Shown: positions 23,170 through 34,900 of the stretch, in pieces
Layout: the number at the start of each line of letters is the position of its first letter
Position numbering within the stretch: the first letter of the stretch is position 1
From: Mobula hypostoma
Taxonomy: Eukaryota
Direction: 5' to 3'
Assembly (NCBI RefSeq): GCF_963921235.1
Contig: NC_086108.1
Location: 1,054,001 to 1,118,000 of the forward strand
Length of the DNA stretch: 64,000 bases
The notes under the pieces: model-generated
What the model saw: only the letters and a program-made list of their open reading frames with translations
What the model was told of the DNA's origin: nothing
Databases searched by the model: none
Position numbers and translations under genes: made by a program

Positions 23170-24270
23170 CAATGCGCTGACTGCTACAGTCCCATGCCAT
23201 CCACTTGGAATCACTTGGACAATACCAATCCCTATGTCAGGAGTTTGTTTATTGGCTGCACCTCAGCATTTAACACAATTAATCAATTGAGCCTCTGTAC
23301 TTCCCTCTGCAACTGGACCCTCAGCGTCCTAACCGGAAGACCACAATCTGATTGGATTGGAAATAACATCTCCTCCTCACTGACAATCAGCACTGGTGCA
23401 CCACAGGGATGTGTGTTTAGCCCACTGCTCTACTCTCTCTACACCCATGACTGTGGGCTAGGCACAGCTCAAACACCATCTATAAATTTGCTGATGACTC
23501 AACTATTGTTGGCAGTATTTCAGATGGTGATGAGAGGGCGTACAGGAGAGAGGTATATTGGCCAGTTGAGTGGTGTCACAGCAACAATCTTTCACTAAAT
23601 GTCAGTAAGACTTCAGGAAGGGTAGGATGAGGGAACACAGACCAGGAATCAGAAGTGGAGAGAGTGAGCAATTTCAAGTTCCTGGGTGTCAGTATCTCTG
23701 TGGATCTATCCTGAGCCCAACATATCGATGCAGCCAGAAAGAAGGCACAGCAGTGGCTATATTTCATGAAGTGTTCGAAGATATTTGGTACGTCACCAAA
23801 GACACTCGTAAATTTTTACAGGTGTATTGTGGAAAGCATTCTAACTGGTTGCATCGTCATCTGGTATGGGGTGGAGTGTGGGGGGGTGGGGAGCTACCGC
23901 ACAGGATCGAAGGAAGCTGCAGAGAGTTGTAAACTTAGTCAGCTCCATCATGGGCACCAGCCTCCGTAGCATCCAAAACATCTTGAAGGAGTGGAGCCTC
24001 AGAAAGCAGCATCCATTATTAAGGACCCCCATCACCCAGGTCACGCGCTCTCCTCATTGCTACCATCAGGGAGGAGGTACAGGAATCTGAAGACACACAG
24101 TCAATGATTCAGGAACAACTTCCCCTCTGCCATCCAATTTCTAAATGGACATTGAACCCATAGACACTACCTTACTAACTTTTTAAATTTCTATTTCTGC
24201 ACTACTTATTTAATGTAACTATTTAATACATATGTTTACTATAATTCACAGCTTTTATTATTATGTAACA
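23170..24270 (+). mobile_element. Rex1/Babar-like LINE RT relic (duplicate at 32449-33549)
   Basis: [45 protein letters not shown] (frameshifted) and FYRCIVESILTGCI. Confidence 0.85.
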
Positions 24271-24475
24271 GTAACAGAATGCAGAATAGTGTGTTACAGT
24301 AACCAGAGAGAGGGCCGTGCAGACGGACAATCAGCTGCAAGGCCACAGTGAGGTAGATTGTGACATTGAGTCCATCTTATCACAAGACCATAGGACAGAA
24401 GCAGAATTAGGCCATTTGGCCCTCCATTCCAGGGGACTGTTCAGCAGTCTCATAACACACGGGGTAGAAGCTGTC

Positions 24476-24513
24476 GAGTCCTAATGAAAGGTCTCGACCC
24501 AAAACGTCGACTG
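24476..24513 (+). ncRNA. Mutated minimal type I hammerhead ribozyme relic, Penelope-like (duplicate 33755-33792)
   Basis: AGTC-CTAATGA-A-AGGTC TC GACCC-AAAAC-GTC-GACT. Both core boxes carry a G>A change. Confidence 0.6.
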
Positions 24514-25052
24514 TTCATTCTCATCCATAGAGGCTACCTGATTTGCTGAACTCCCCTGGCACATTGTGTCATTGAGCCTGGCTGGATATATTTCAGGCTT
24601 TTGTATCTTCTGCCCAGCGGGAGAGGAGAGGAGAGGGAATGACCAGGGGAGGTGGGGACATTGCCTGAGCTGTGTCCACAACTCTCTGCAGTTTCTCACC
24701 AGTACATCTGTAAACTCTGGGCAGGGTCCGTGGGGACATGACAAGTTTCTTTAGCATTCTTTGGTATTGGGGATCCTCTTTTAATGGGTTTCAGTCCCTG
24801 TACACCCCACTCACACCCCGATACAAATATAATCCACCTGATCACCTCTCAGTGTCTTGCCTATCCTGTACAAACTCTTCCTAAGACCCAATCCCTTGAG
24901 TCCTGGCAATATTCTTGTAATTTTTATTGTATACTTTCCAGTTTTCCCTTCCTATCGCAACGTGACCAAAATTGAACACAGTGCTCCGAGCAGATTGATT
25001 CAGTATTACTGACGTCAAGCTCACATTTGTGCCAAAGACACATCACTGATAA

Positions 25053-26253
25053 CACTGGACAGCAATTTTTTTCAAAGATGTTGCTTCCTCAGAGATTTTC
25101 TCTGACTATGATAGACCTTTTGAAGCTGAACACAACCATAATTTCAGACTTCTTGTATCACAGAGAAATTTGGAGAAACAAGAAATTATTTTTTATTAAT
25201 TATGCAAAATTAATAACTTTTATTAAGTATATACAATTATGAGAAGTATAGATAGGGTAAATACAAGCAGCCTTTTTCCACTGAGGTTGGGTGGAACTAC
25301 AACCAGAGGTCATGGGTTAAGGATGAAAGGTAAAAAGTTCAAGGGGAACATGAGGGGAAAGCTCTTCACTCGGAGGATCATGAGAGTGTGGAATAAGCTG
25401 CCCGTACAAGTGGTGAATAGAAGCTCCATTTCAACATTTAAGAGGAGTTTGGACACGTGGACGGTAGGGGTATGGAGGGCTATGGTCCCAGTGCAGGTTG
25501 ATGGGAGTAAGCAGATTAAATACATTTGGCATGGACTAAATGGGCCGAAGGGCCTGTTTCTCTGCTGAACTTCTCTCTGACTATGACTTTATTGAATATA
25601 ATGTGTTTAATTGCATAACGGTGCTGACGCTTTGCAATAGTTAACTGAGCTAAAGATGTTTTGTTGATAATTTTCATTTGTACTCAGTGTCTGAGGCTTC
25701 TTGCTTAAGCGTCCGACAATAATCAGCCAGCATTGATGGATTCCAGTTGCCCTGAAACCGTTTCTCCATGACCGCAATGTCCTGGTGAAACCTCTCACCA
25801 TGCTCATTACTGACAGCTCCAAGATTTACAGGGAAGAAATCTAAATGGGAATGTAGAGAATGAATCTTTTTGACATGTTGCACTTCATGGTTTTGTATGC
25901 TTGAAGCTTGTTGTCAACCAGCTGCATTTAGTTTGGTGCTCTGTAGTTGCCAAGAAAATTTTCAACAACATCCTTGAATGCCTTCCATGTGATTTTCTCT
26001 GGTCCCACAAGAAGTTCTTCAAATTGCCTGTCCTTGATGACCTGTTTGATTTGTGGATCAACAAAACTGCCTTCCCTAATCTTGTTTTCAGTTATTCTAC
26101 CTTGAATTATGAATTGAAATAACAATGTTGGTGATTTTTTTTAGAGAATGGTGCGTGATAGGGAAATTTCAGGGTGATTTTCATGATCAGCATCCCAAAA
26201 TCCATCAGGTACACCCAAACGTATTCAGAAAGCAAAATCCTTGTTCTCCAATG
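25053..26253 (-). mobile_element. Chapaev3-like (CMC) DNA transposon, internally deleted (duplicate 34332-35532)
   Basis: Transposase pieces KIREGSFVDPQI, WKAFKDVVENFLGN and HSHLDFFPVNLGAVSNEHGERFHQDI. Imperfect TIRs CACTGGACAGCAA / TTGTTCTCCAATG. Family assignment is from recall of the motif. Confidence 0.72.
25227..25587 (+). mobile_element. CR1 3' fragment nested in the Chapaev3-like element (duplicate 34506-34866)
   Basis: ORF 25239-25568 TRGH...WNKLP. Flanked by TTTATTAA / TTTATTGA. Confidence 0.85.
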
Positions 26254-26457
26254 AGGGAGACTTAGTTTTAATCAAAATTTTAATTGGAAGAAAGTCCAAA
26301 TACTCACAGCTTGGACAGTCTACCACTAGTCAACTCTTAAGACACACCTATCTCTCTACATTCTCTGATTCCCAGACTCCATGTCCTTCCTTGTGAGTGC
26401 TGACAATGGGTTCTTGTGCTGTTCCAAGCTTCTAAATGGAGCTAAGCTCTCTCAGCA

Positions 26458-27768
26458 GTGTGTGTGTGCTGCTTGGGCGTGTGAGTGTGTGTGAGCGTGT
26501 ATATGTGTATGAGCATGTGTGTGAGTCTGTGTATGTGTGTACACAAGTGTGATTGTGTAAGTGTGCATGAGTGTGTAAGTGTGTGTGAGCATGTGTGCAT
26601 GTATGTGATTGTGTGCGTGTGTGATTTATGAGTGTGTGAGTGTGTAAGCATATGTGATTGTGTAAGTGTGTGTGAGCATGTGTATGTGTGTGTGTGTGTA
26701 TGTGTGTGTGGTATGTGTGTGATTTATGGGTGTGTGTGAGTGTGTAAGCATATGTGAGTAGGTGTGTGTGAGCATATGTATGTGTGTGTGTGAGTGTGTG
26801 TGAGCGTATGTATGTGTGTGGTGTCTATAAGCATGTGTGTCTGGGTGTGTGTGTGTGTGAGTGTGTGTGTATGAGTGTGTATATGTGTGTGTGAGCATGT
26901 GATGGTGCTCGGTGCTCGGTGTCAGAGGGCTGGTCAGAGGCTCGAAGTTTTTGGACGGACTCAGAGTCAGACTGTGGTCGGGTGCTTACAGGATGCTGCA
27001 TCGGCAAGCTTGCAGCGCTGGAGGTTCATGGCAGGGACAGTTTCTCCCTTCTACCATCAGCGTGAGATGTTGGGGCTATCAGGACTTTGAGACTTTTTTT
27101 TACCGTGCCCATGGTCTGCTCTTATCAAATTACGGTATTGCTTTGCACTGTTGTAACTGTATGTTATAATTATGTGGCTTTTGTCAGTTATAGTCTTGGT
27201 CTGTCTTGTGTTTCTGCGGTATCATACTGGAGGAACATTGTACCATTTTTTAATGCATGCATTTCTAAATGACAATAAACGAGGACTGAGTGTCCTCATA
27301 ATCTAATCTAATCTGTGTGTGTGTGTGAGTGTCTGTGTGTGTGTGATAGTGTGTGCGTGTGTAACTGTGTGTGAGTGTCTGTGTGTGTGTAACTGGGTGT
27401 GAGTGTCTGTGTGTGTGTGTAACTGTGTGTGAGTGTCTGTGTGTGTGAGAGTGTGTGCGTGTGTAACTGTGTGTGAGTGTGTAACTGTGTGTGTGTGTGT
27501 GTGTAACTGTGTGTGAGTGAGAGTGTGTGCGTGTGTAACTGTGTGTGAGTGTGTAACTGTGTGTGTGTGTAACTGTGTGTGAGTGTCTGTGTGTGTGAGA
27601 GTATGTGCGTGTGTAACTGTGTGTGAGTATGTAACTGTGTGTAAGTGTGTGTGTGTGTGTGTAACTGTGTGTGAGTGTCTGTGTGTGTGTGTGTGTGTGT
27701 GTGTAACTGTGTGTGAGTGTCTGTGTGTGTGTGAGAGTGTGTGCCTGTGTAACTGTGTGTGAGTGTGT
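26458..27768. repeat. Compound (TG)n microsatellite split by a ~410-bp retroposon tail at ~26901-27313 (duplicate 35737-37047)
   Basis: TG-rich on both sides, with a GTAACT spacer variant on the right. The insert ends AATAAAC-GAGGAC TGAGT GTCCTC-(ATCTA)n. Confidence 0.85.
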
Positions 27769-27771
27769 TTC

Positions 27772-27809
27772 CAGTCCTGATGAAGGGTCTTGACCTGAAA
27801 CGTTAACTG
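27772..27809 (+). ncRNA. Minimal type I hammerhead ribozyme motif, Penelope-like (duplicate 37051-37088)
   Basis: CAGTC-CTGATGA-A-GGGTC TT GACCT-GAAAC-GTT-AACTG. Intact CUGAUGA and GAAA boxes, helix II, palindromic helix III and helix I with one mismatch. Confidence 0.75.
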
Positions 27810-28139
27810 TTTACTCTTTTCTATTGATCCTGCCTGGCCTGCTGAGTTCCTCCAGCATTTTGCTCCTAATCAAGGCTGGGCAACTCTCTCATACTGTTGT
27901 TGAGCTTGTTATGAAGCTGATGGCTTGTAGTCCCGTTCAGCATTCTCAGAGATCCGCATAACATTCACTTTCTCCCAACCCCTCCCAGTCAGAGCAGACA
28001 CTTTCTCCAGTTCTGGGAGGCTCTTCATCAGCTTGAAAGAGTTAGTCTCATGTGTCACTTGTACGTCAAACACAGTGAAATGAATTACTTGTGTCAACAA
28101 CCAACACAGTCCGAGGATGTGCAAGTATCACCATGTTTC

Positions 28140-28250
28140 TGGCATCAACACAGCATGCCCACAACATACTAACCCTAACCTGCAAGTTTTTGGAATGTGG
28201 GAGTAAACTGGAAGCTCCCAAAGGGAACTTATGTAGTCACAGAGAGAATT
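28140..28250 (-). mobile_element. V-SINE-like fragment; relatives at ~31400-31517, 40679-40796 and 62172-62346
   Basis: TTTGGAATGTGGGAGTAAACTGGA...GGAAC...CACAGAGAGAA is the reverse complement of the V domain. Confidence 0.6.
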
Positions 28251-30733
28251 CACAGTACATATGTATATCTAGGGTGTCTAAGACTTTTGCACAATACTGT
28301 ATTTGTCAATGTGGAGTGAACACCATAAGACCATAAGATATGGAGCAGAAATAGGCCATTTGGGTCATCGAGTCTGCTCTGCCATTCAATCATAGGCTGA
28401 TCCATTCCTTCCAGTCATCCCCACTTCCCTGCTTTCACCCCATACCCTCTGATGCCCTGGCTAATCAAGAACCTATCTATCTCTGCCTTAAATACATCCA
28501 ATGACTTGGCCTCCACAGCTGCTTGTGGCAACAAATTCCACAGATTTACCACCCTCTGACCAAAGTAATTTCTCCGCATCTCAGTTCTAAATGGACGTCC
28601 TTCAATCCTGAAGTCGTGCCCTCTTGCCCTAGACTCCTCTACCATGGGAAATAACTTTGCCATATCTAATCTGTTCAGCCTTTTAACATTCGGAATGTCT
28701 CTATGAGATCCCCTCATTCTCCTGAACTCCAGGGAATACAGCCCAAGAGCTGCCAGACATTCCTCATACGGTAACCCTTTCATTCCTGGAAATCATTCTC
28801 GTGAATCTTCTCTGAACCCTCTCCAATATCAGTATATCCTTTCTAAAATAAGGAGCCCAAAACTGCACACAATACTTCAAGTGTGGTCTCACAAGTGCCT
28901 TATAGGGCCTCAACTTTACATCTCTGCCCTTATATTCTATACCTCTAGAAATGAATACCAACATTGCATTCGCCTTCTTCACCACCAACTCAACCTGGAG
29001 GTTAACCTTTAGGGTATCCTGCACAAGGACTCCCACGTCCTTTTGTGTCTCTGCATTTTGAATTCTCTCCCCATCTAAATAATAGTCTGCCTGTTTATTT
29101 CTTCCACCAAAGTGTATGACCATACACTTTCCAAAATTGTATTTCATTTGTCATTTCTTTGCCCATTCCCCTAAACTACCTAAGTCTCTCTGCAGGCTCT
29201 CTGTTTCCTCAACACTACCCGCCCCTGTATCATCAGCAAATTTAGCCACAAATCCATTAATTCCAAAGTCCAAATCATTGACATGCATCATAAAAAGCAG
29301 CAGTCCCAACACCGACCCCTGTGGAACTCCACTGGTAACCGGCAGCCAGCCAGAATAGGATCCCTTTATTCCCACTCTCTGTTTTCTGCCGATCAGCCAA
29401 TGCTCCACCCATGCTAGTAACTTCCCTGTAATTCCATGGGCTCTTATCTTGCTAAGCAGCCTCATGTGGGGCACTTTGTCAAAGGCCTTTTGAAATCCAA
29501 ATACACCACGTCTACTACATCTCCTTTGTCTACCCTGCTTGTAATTTCCTCAAAAAATTGCAGTAGGTTTTGTCAGGCAAGATCTTCCTTTCAGGAAACC
29601 ATGCTGGCTTTGGCCTATCTTGTCATGTGCCTCCAGGTACTCCGTAATCTCATCCCTAATAATCGATTCCAACAACTTCCCAACCACTGATGTCAGGCTA
29701 ACAGGTCTATAGTTTCCTTTCTGCTGCCTCCCACCCTTCTTAAATAGTGGAGTAACATTTGCAATTTTCCAGTCATTCGGTACAATGCCAGAAGCTATCT
29801 ATTCTTGAAAGATCATTGTTAATGCCTCCGCAGTCTCTCCAGCTACTTTCTTCAGAACCTGAGGGTGCATTCCATCAGGTCCAGGAGATTTATCCACACT
29901 CAGACCATTAAGCTTCCTGAACACTTTCTCACTCATAACTTTCACTGCACAAACTTCACTTCCCTGACACTCTTGAATGTCCAGTACACTGCAGATGTCT
30001 TCCACTGTGAAGACTGATGCAAAGTATGCATTCAGTTCCTCTGTCATCTCTGTGTCTCTCATTACAATATCTCCAGCATCATTTTCTATTGGTCCTATAT
30101 CTAACCTCGACTCTCTTTTATCCTTTATATACTCTAAAAAGCTTTTAGTATCTTCTTTGATATTTGTCGCCAGCTTCCTTTCATAATTCATCTTTTCCAT
30201 CCTAATGACCTTCTTAGTTTCCTTCTGCAAGTTTTTAAAAGCTTCCCAATCCTCTACTTTCCCACTATCTTTGGCTTCCTTGTATGCCCTCTCTTTTGCT
30301 TTTACTTTGGCTCTGACTTCACTTGTCAGCCACGGTAGAGTGAGTTTGTAAATGTGGAGGGAGCAAAGGATGTTGGAGCACCACAGGAGCGATGTGGGAC
30401 AGATGGCAGAGAAGGAGTGTCTGGGCTGGTGCAGGTGCAGACACCCTGCCCTGAAGCACCAGGCAAGGCAATTTGGTTTATTGATCATTACAGAATGTCT
30501 CTCTGGTGCTTCCTGCTCCGTCCCCTTTCCCTTCCTCTTTTCCCAATCATGATTCCCCTCTCCCTGCTCCCTTCCCAGTCTCAGTCCACAATAGAGACCC
30601 ATATCAGAATCAGGTTTATCATCACTCACACATTATGAAATTTGTTATTTTTGTGGCAGCAATACAATGCAATGCATAACATTACTACAGTACTGTGCAA
30701 AAGTCTTAACTTCCCTAGCTATATGTGTGTGTA

Positions 30734-30777
<44 letters not shown>
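28251..30777 (-). mobile_element. Composite non-autonomous element bracketed by Tc1-like mini-MITE ends, split by CR1 (duplicate 37530-40056)
   Basis: TIR copies AAGACTTTTGCACAATACTG-TA (28280-28301) and TA-CAGTACTGTGCAAAAGTCTT (30686-30707). The core 30338-30685 is the reverse complement of the core at 60610-61450. Confidence 0.7.
28320..30337 (-). mobile_element. CR1 family D, 5'-truncated (duplicate 37599-39616)
   Basis: ORF pieces PWLT, KSPGPDG, PQGSVLG, FADD and WNLLP. (TCTTATGG)n tail. TSD GAGTGA at 28314-28319 and 30338-30343. Confidence 0.92.
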
Positions 30778-30778
<1 letters not shown>

Positions 30779-30779
30779 C

Positions 30780-31340
30780 CACAGCCACAGATTCACTACT
30801 CGCTGGCTAAAAAAATCCCCTTTACCTCTGTTTTACAGGGTCGCCCCTCAAATTTGAGGCTGTACCCTCTAGTTCTGGATACTTCCACCATAGCAAACGT
30901 CCGCCCAATCTAGTCCTTTCAACATTCGGTAGGTTTCAATGAGGTCCTCCGCATTCTTCTAAATTCCAGTGAGTACAGGCCCAGCATCATCCTGGTGAAC
31001 CTCCTCTGGACTCTCTCCAAAGGCAACACATCCTTTCTGAGATATGGGCCCAAAACTGTTGACAATATTCCAAGTTCAGCTCATCATTATCTCCTTGTTT
31101 TTATCTTCTATTGTCCTTGAAGTAAATGCCAACATTGCGTTTGCCTTCTTTACCACACTCTCAACCGGTAGTTAACCTTAGAACACAGAACACATTACAG
31201 GCCCTTCGGCCCACAATGTAGTGCCGACCATGTAACCCACTCTAGGAACTGCCTAGAATTTCCCTACCGCATAGCCCTCTGTTTTTCTGGGAGTCTTGCA
31301 AGACGACTCCTAAGTCCCTCTTCACCTCTGATGTTTCAGC
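30780..31340 (-). mobile_element. Degenerate CR1 carrying the same internal tail insert as ~1800-2200 (duplicate 40059-40619)
   Basis: Minus strand reads GGGACTTAGGAGTC...CCAGAAAAACAGAGGGCTATGC...GGGCCGAAGGGCCTGTAATGTG...GGTTAA...GTGGTAAAGA. Confidence 0.8.
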
Positions 31341-31746
31341 CTTCCCAGTGCCAGGGGGCAGGGGAACGGGGAGACAGCAGCTGATTAAAAGTGGCCCCAC
31401 ATGTTTTTGGGATATGGGAGGAAGGAAACTGGAGCACCCAGGGGAAACAAGGGGAGAGCATGTAAACTCCGCAGACACAGCTGGGTAGGATACGATGGTG
31501 AGGCAGCGAACTGCGCTATTCTGCTTCTCCCTCCTCCCCCTCTCTCCCTCCTCCCCTCTCTCTTCCTTTCTCTCTCACCCTCTCAGCCTCCCGCTCTCAC
31601 TATTTCTCTCCCTCTCTGCCTCTCTTCCACTTTCTCTCTCCCCCACTTCTTCTCCTTCCGCTCTCTCTCACTCTCAGTTCGCTTTCTCCGTCCCTCTCGC
31701 CTCCCCCGGCTCTCGGTCTCACCACGAGCCCACTGCATCCTGGGGC

Positions 31747-31946
31747 NNNNNNNNNNNNNNNNNNNNNNNNNNNNNNNNNNNNNNNNNNNNNNNNNNNNNN
31801 NNNNNNNNNNNNNNNNNNNNNNNNNNNNNNNNNNNNNNNNNNNNNNNNNNNNNNNNNNNNNNNNNNNNNNNNNNNNNNNNNNNNNNNNNNNNNNNNNNNN
31901 NNNNNNNNNNNNNNNNNNNNNNNNNNNNNNNNNNNNNNNNNNNNNN
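31747..31946. other. Assembly gap (200 N)
   Basis: Run of exactly 200 N, a typical scaffolding spacer. Confidence 0.99.
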
Positions 31947-34900
31947 ATGTAGTCCTATCTATAAATCACAGATCCAGCAATTTGGTATCACCCTTTGACA
32001 GCATCATGGGGTGGGGGGGAGGAGAGAGAGAGAGAGACGGACAGACATGCCTTCAGGAGCGGCAATCGAGAGAGCATCACACACAAACACCTCCTCCAGC
32101 ACTGGCCAGTGAGAGGCTGCTAGACAGCATCGGCGAGCTTGTTGAGGAATGAAGTCAATCATGGGTCTCCAAGCTTCTAGGTCTCGAGTCTGCTAACCTC
32201 CTGGAATCTTCTTGGAGACAGCAAAGCACCAGATTGCTCAATCGATCACAGACTCGAACAGGACCAGAAACACATTTAAAATAAAAAGAGAATGTAAAAG
32301 AAGCAACAAAACTGTTTCCTGGACTATCTGGCAGGTGTCGTCCAAGGTAGCATTGCTCACTGGCACCATTCAAAGAAAGAAAGATGAGCTTTAATTGTCA
32401 CATGTACAGTGCGGTGTGTCGTTTACCCAGTCGGTGACCTCTATGAAGCAATGCGCTGACTGCTACAGTCCCATGCCATCCACTTGGAATCACTTGGACA
32501 ATACCAATCCCTATGTCAGGAGTTTGTTTATTGGCTGCACCTCAGCATTTAACACAATTAATCAATTGAGCCTCTGTACTTCCCTCTGCAACTGGACCCT
32601 CAGCGTCCTAACCGGAAGACCACAATCTGATTGGATTGGAAATAACATCTCCTCCTCACTGACAATCAGCACTGGTGCACCACAGGGATGTGTGTTTAGC
32701 CCACTGCTCTACTCTCTCTACACCCATGACTGTGGGCTAGGCACAGCTCAAACACCATCTATAAATTTGCTGATGACTCAACTATTGTTGGCAGTATTTC
32801 AGATGGTGATGAGAGGGCGTACAGGAGAGAGGTATATTGGCCAGTTGAGTGGTGTCACAGCAACAATCTTTCACTAAATGTCAGTAAGACTTCAGGAAGG
32901 GTAGGATGAGGGAACACAGACCAGGAATCAGAAGTGGAGAGAGTGAGCAATTTCAAGTTCCTGGGTGTCAGTATCTCTGTGGATCTATCCTGAGCCCAAC
33001 ATATCGATGCAGCCAGAAAGAAGGCACAGCAGTGGCTATATTTCATGAAGTGTTCGAAGATATTTGGTACGTCACCAAAGACACTCGTAAATTTTTACAG
33101 GTGTATTGTGGAAAGCATTCTAACTGGTTGCATCGTCATCTGGTATGGGGTGGAGTGTGGGGGGGTGGGGAGCTACCGCACAGGATCGAAGGAAGCTGCA
33201 GAGAGTTGTAAACTTAGTCAGCTCCATCATGGGCACCAGCCTCCGTAGCATCCAAAACATCTTGAAGGAGTGGAGCCTCAGAAAGCAGCATCCATTATTA
33301 AGGACCCCCATCACCCAGGTCACGCGCTCTCCTCATTGCTACCATCAGGGAGGAGGTACAGGAATCTGAAGACACACAGTCAATGATTCAGGAACAACTT
33401 CCCCTCTGCCATCCAATTTCTAAATGGACATTGAACCCATAGACACTACCTTACTAACTTTTTAAATTTCTATTTCTGCACTACTTATTTAATGTAACTA
33501 TTTAATACATATGTTTACTATAATTCACAGCTTTTATTATTATGTAACAGTAACAGAATGCAGAATAGTGTGTTACAGTAACCAGAGAGAGGGCCGTGCA
33601 GACGGACAATCAGCTGCAAGGCCACAGTGAGGTAGATTGTGACATTGAGTCCATCTTATCACAAGACCATAGGACAGAAGCAGAATTAGGCCATTTGGCC
33701 CTCCATTCCAGGGGACTGTTCAGCAGTCTCATAACACACGGGGTAGAAGCTGTCGAGTCCTAATGAAAGGTCTCGACCCAAAACGTCGACTGTTCATTCT
33801 CATCCATAGAGGCTACCTGATTTGCTGAACTCCCCTGGCACATTGTGTCATTGAGCCTGGCTGGATATATTTCAGGCTTTTGTATCTTCTGCCCAGCGGG
33901 AGAGGAGAGGAGAGGGAATGACCAGGGGAGGTGGGGACATTGCCTGAGCTGTGTCCACAACTCTCTGCAGTTTCTCACCAGTACATCTGTAAACTCTGGG
34001 CAGGGTCCGTGGGGACATGACAAGTTTCTTTAGCATTCTTTGGTATTGGGGATCCTCTTTTAATGGGTTTCAGTCCCTGTACACCCCACTCACACCCCGA
34101 TACAAATATAATCCACCTGATCACCTCTCAGTGTCTTGCCTATCCTGTACAAACTCTTCCTAAGACCCAATCCCTTGAGTCCTGGCAATATTCTTGTAAT
34201 TTTTATTGTATACTTTCCAGTTTTCCCTTCCTATCGCAACGTGACCAAAATTGAACACAGTGCTCCGAGCAGATTGATTCAGTATTACTGACGTCAAGCT
34301 CACATTTGTGCCAAAGACACATCACTGATAACACTGGACAGCAATTTTTTTCAAAGATGTTGCTTCCTCAGAGATTTTCTCTGACTATGATAGACCTTTT
34401 GAAGCTGAACACAACCATAATTTCAGACTTCTTGTATCACAGAGAAATTTGGAGAAACAAGAAATTATTTTTTATTAATTATGCAAAATTAATAACTTTT
34501 ATTAAGTATATACAATTATGAGAAGTATAGATAGGGTAAATACAAGCAGCCTTTTTCCACTGAGGTTGGGTGGAACTACAACCAGAGGTCATGGGTTAAG
34601 GATGAAAGGTAAAAAGTTCAAGGGGAACATGAGGGGAAAGCTCTTCACTCGGAGGATCATGAGAGTGTGGAATAAGCTGCCCGTACAAGTGGTGAATAGA
34701 AGCTCCATTTCAACATTTAAGAGGAGTTTGGACACGTGGACGGTAGGGGTATGGAGGGCTATGGTCCCAGTGCAGGTTGATGGGAGTAAGCAGATTAAAT
34801 ACATTTGGCATGGACTAAATGGGCCGAAGGGCCTGTTTCTCTGCTGAACTTCTCTCTGACTATGACTTTATTGAATATAATGTGTTTAATTGCATAACGG

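Larger units (their letters stand above)
22667..31746 (+). repeat. 9.08-kb duplicated block, copy 1
   Basis: The ORF track repeats identically at +9279. The only difference I saw is G8 vs G7 near 22733/32013. Confidence 0.97.

Noticed and set aside
26442..27007. His/Thr-rich ORFs
   Set aside because: These are translations of (CA)n microsatellite.
29799..30629. 276-aa ORF as a novel chimeric gene
   Set aside because: It is chance read-through from the composite element's cargo across the TSD into a truncated CR1 ORF2.
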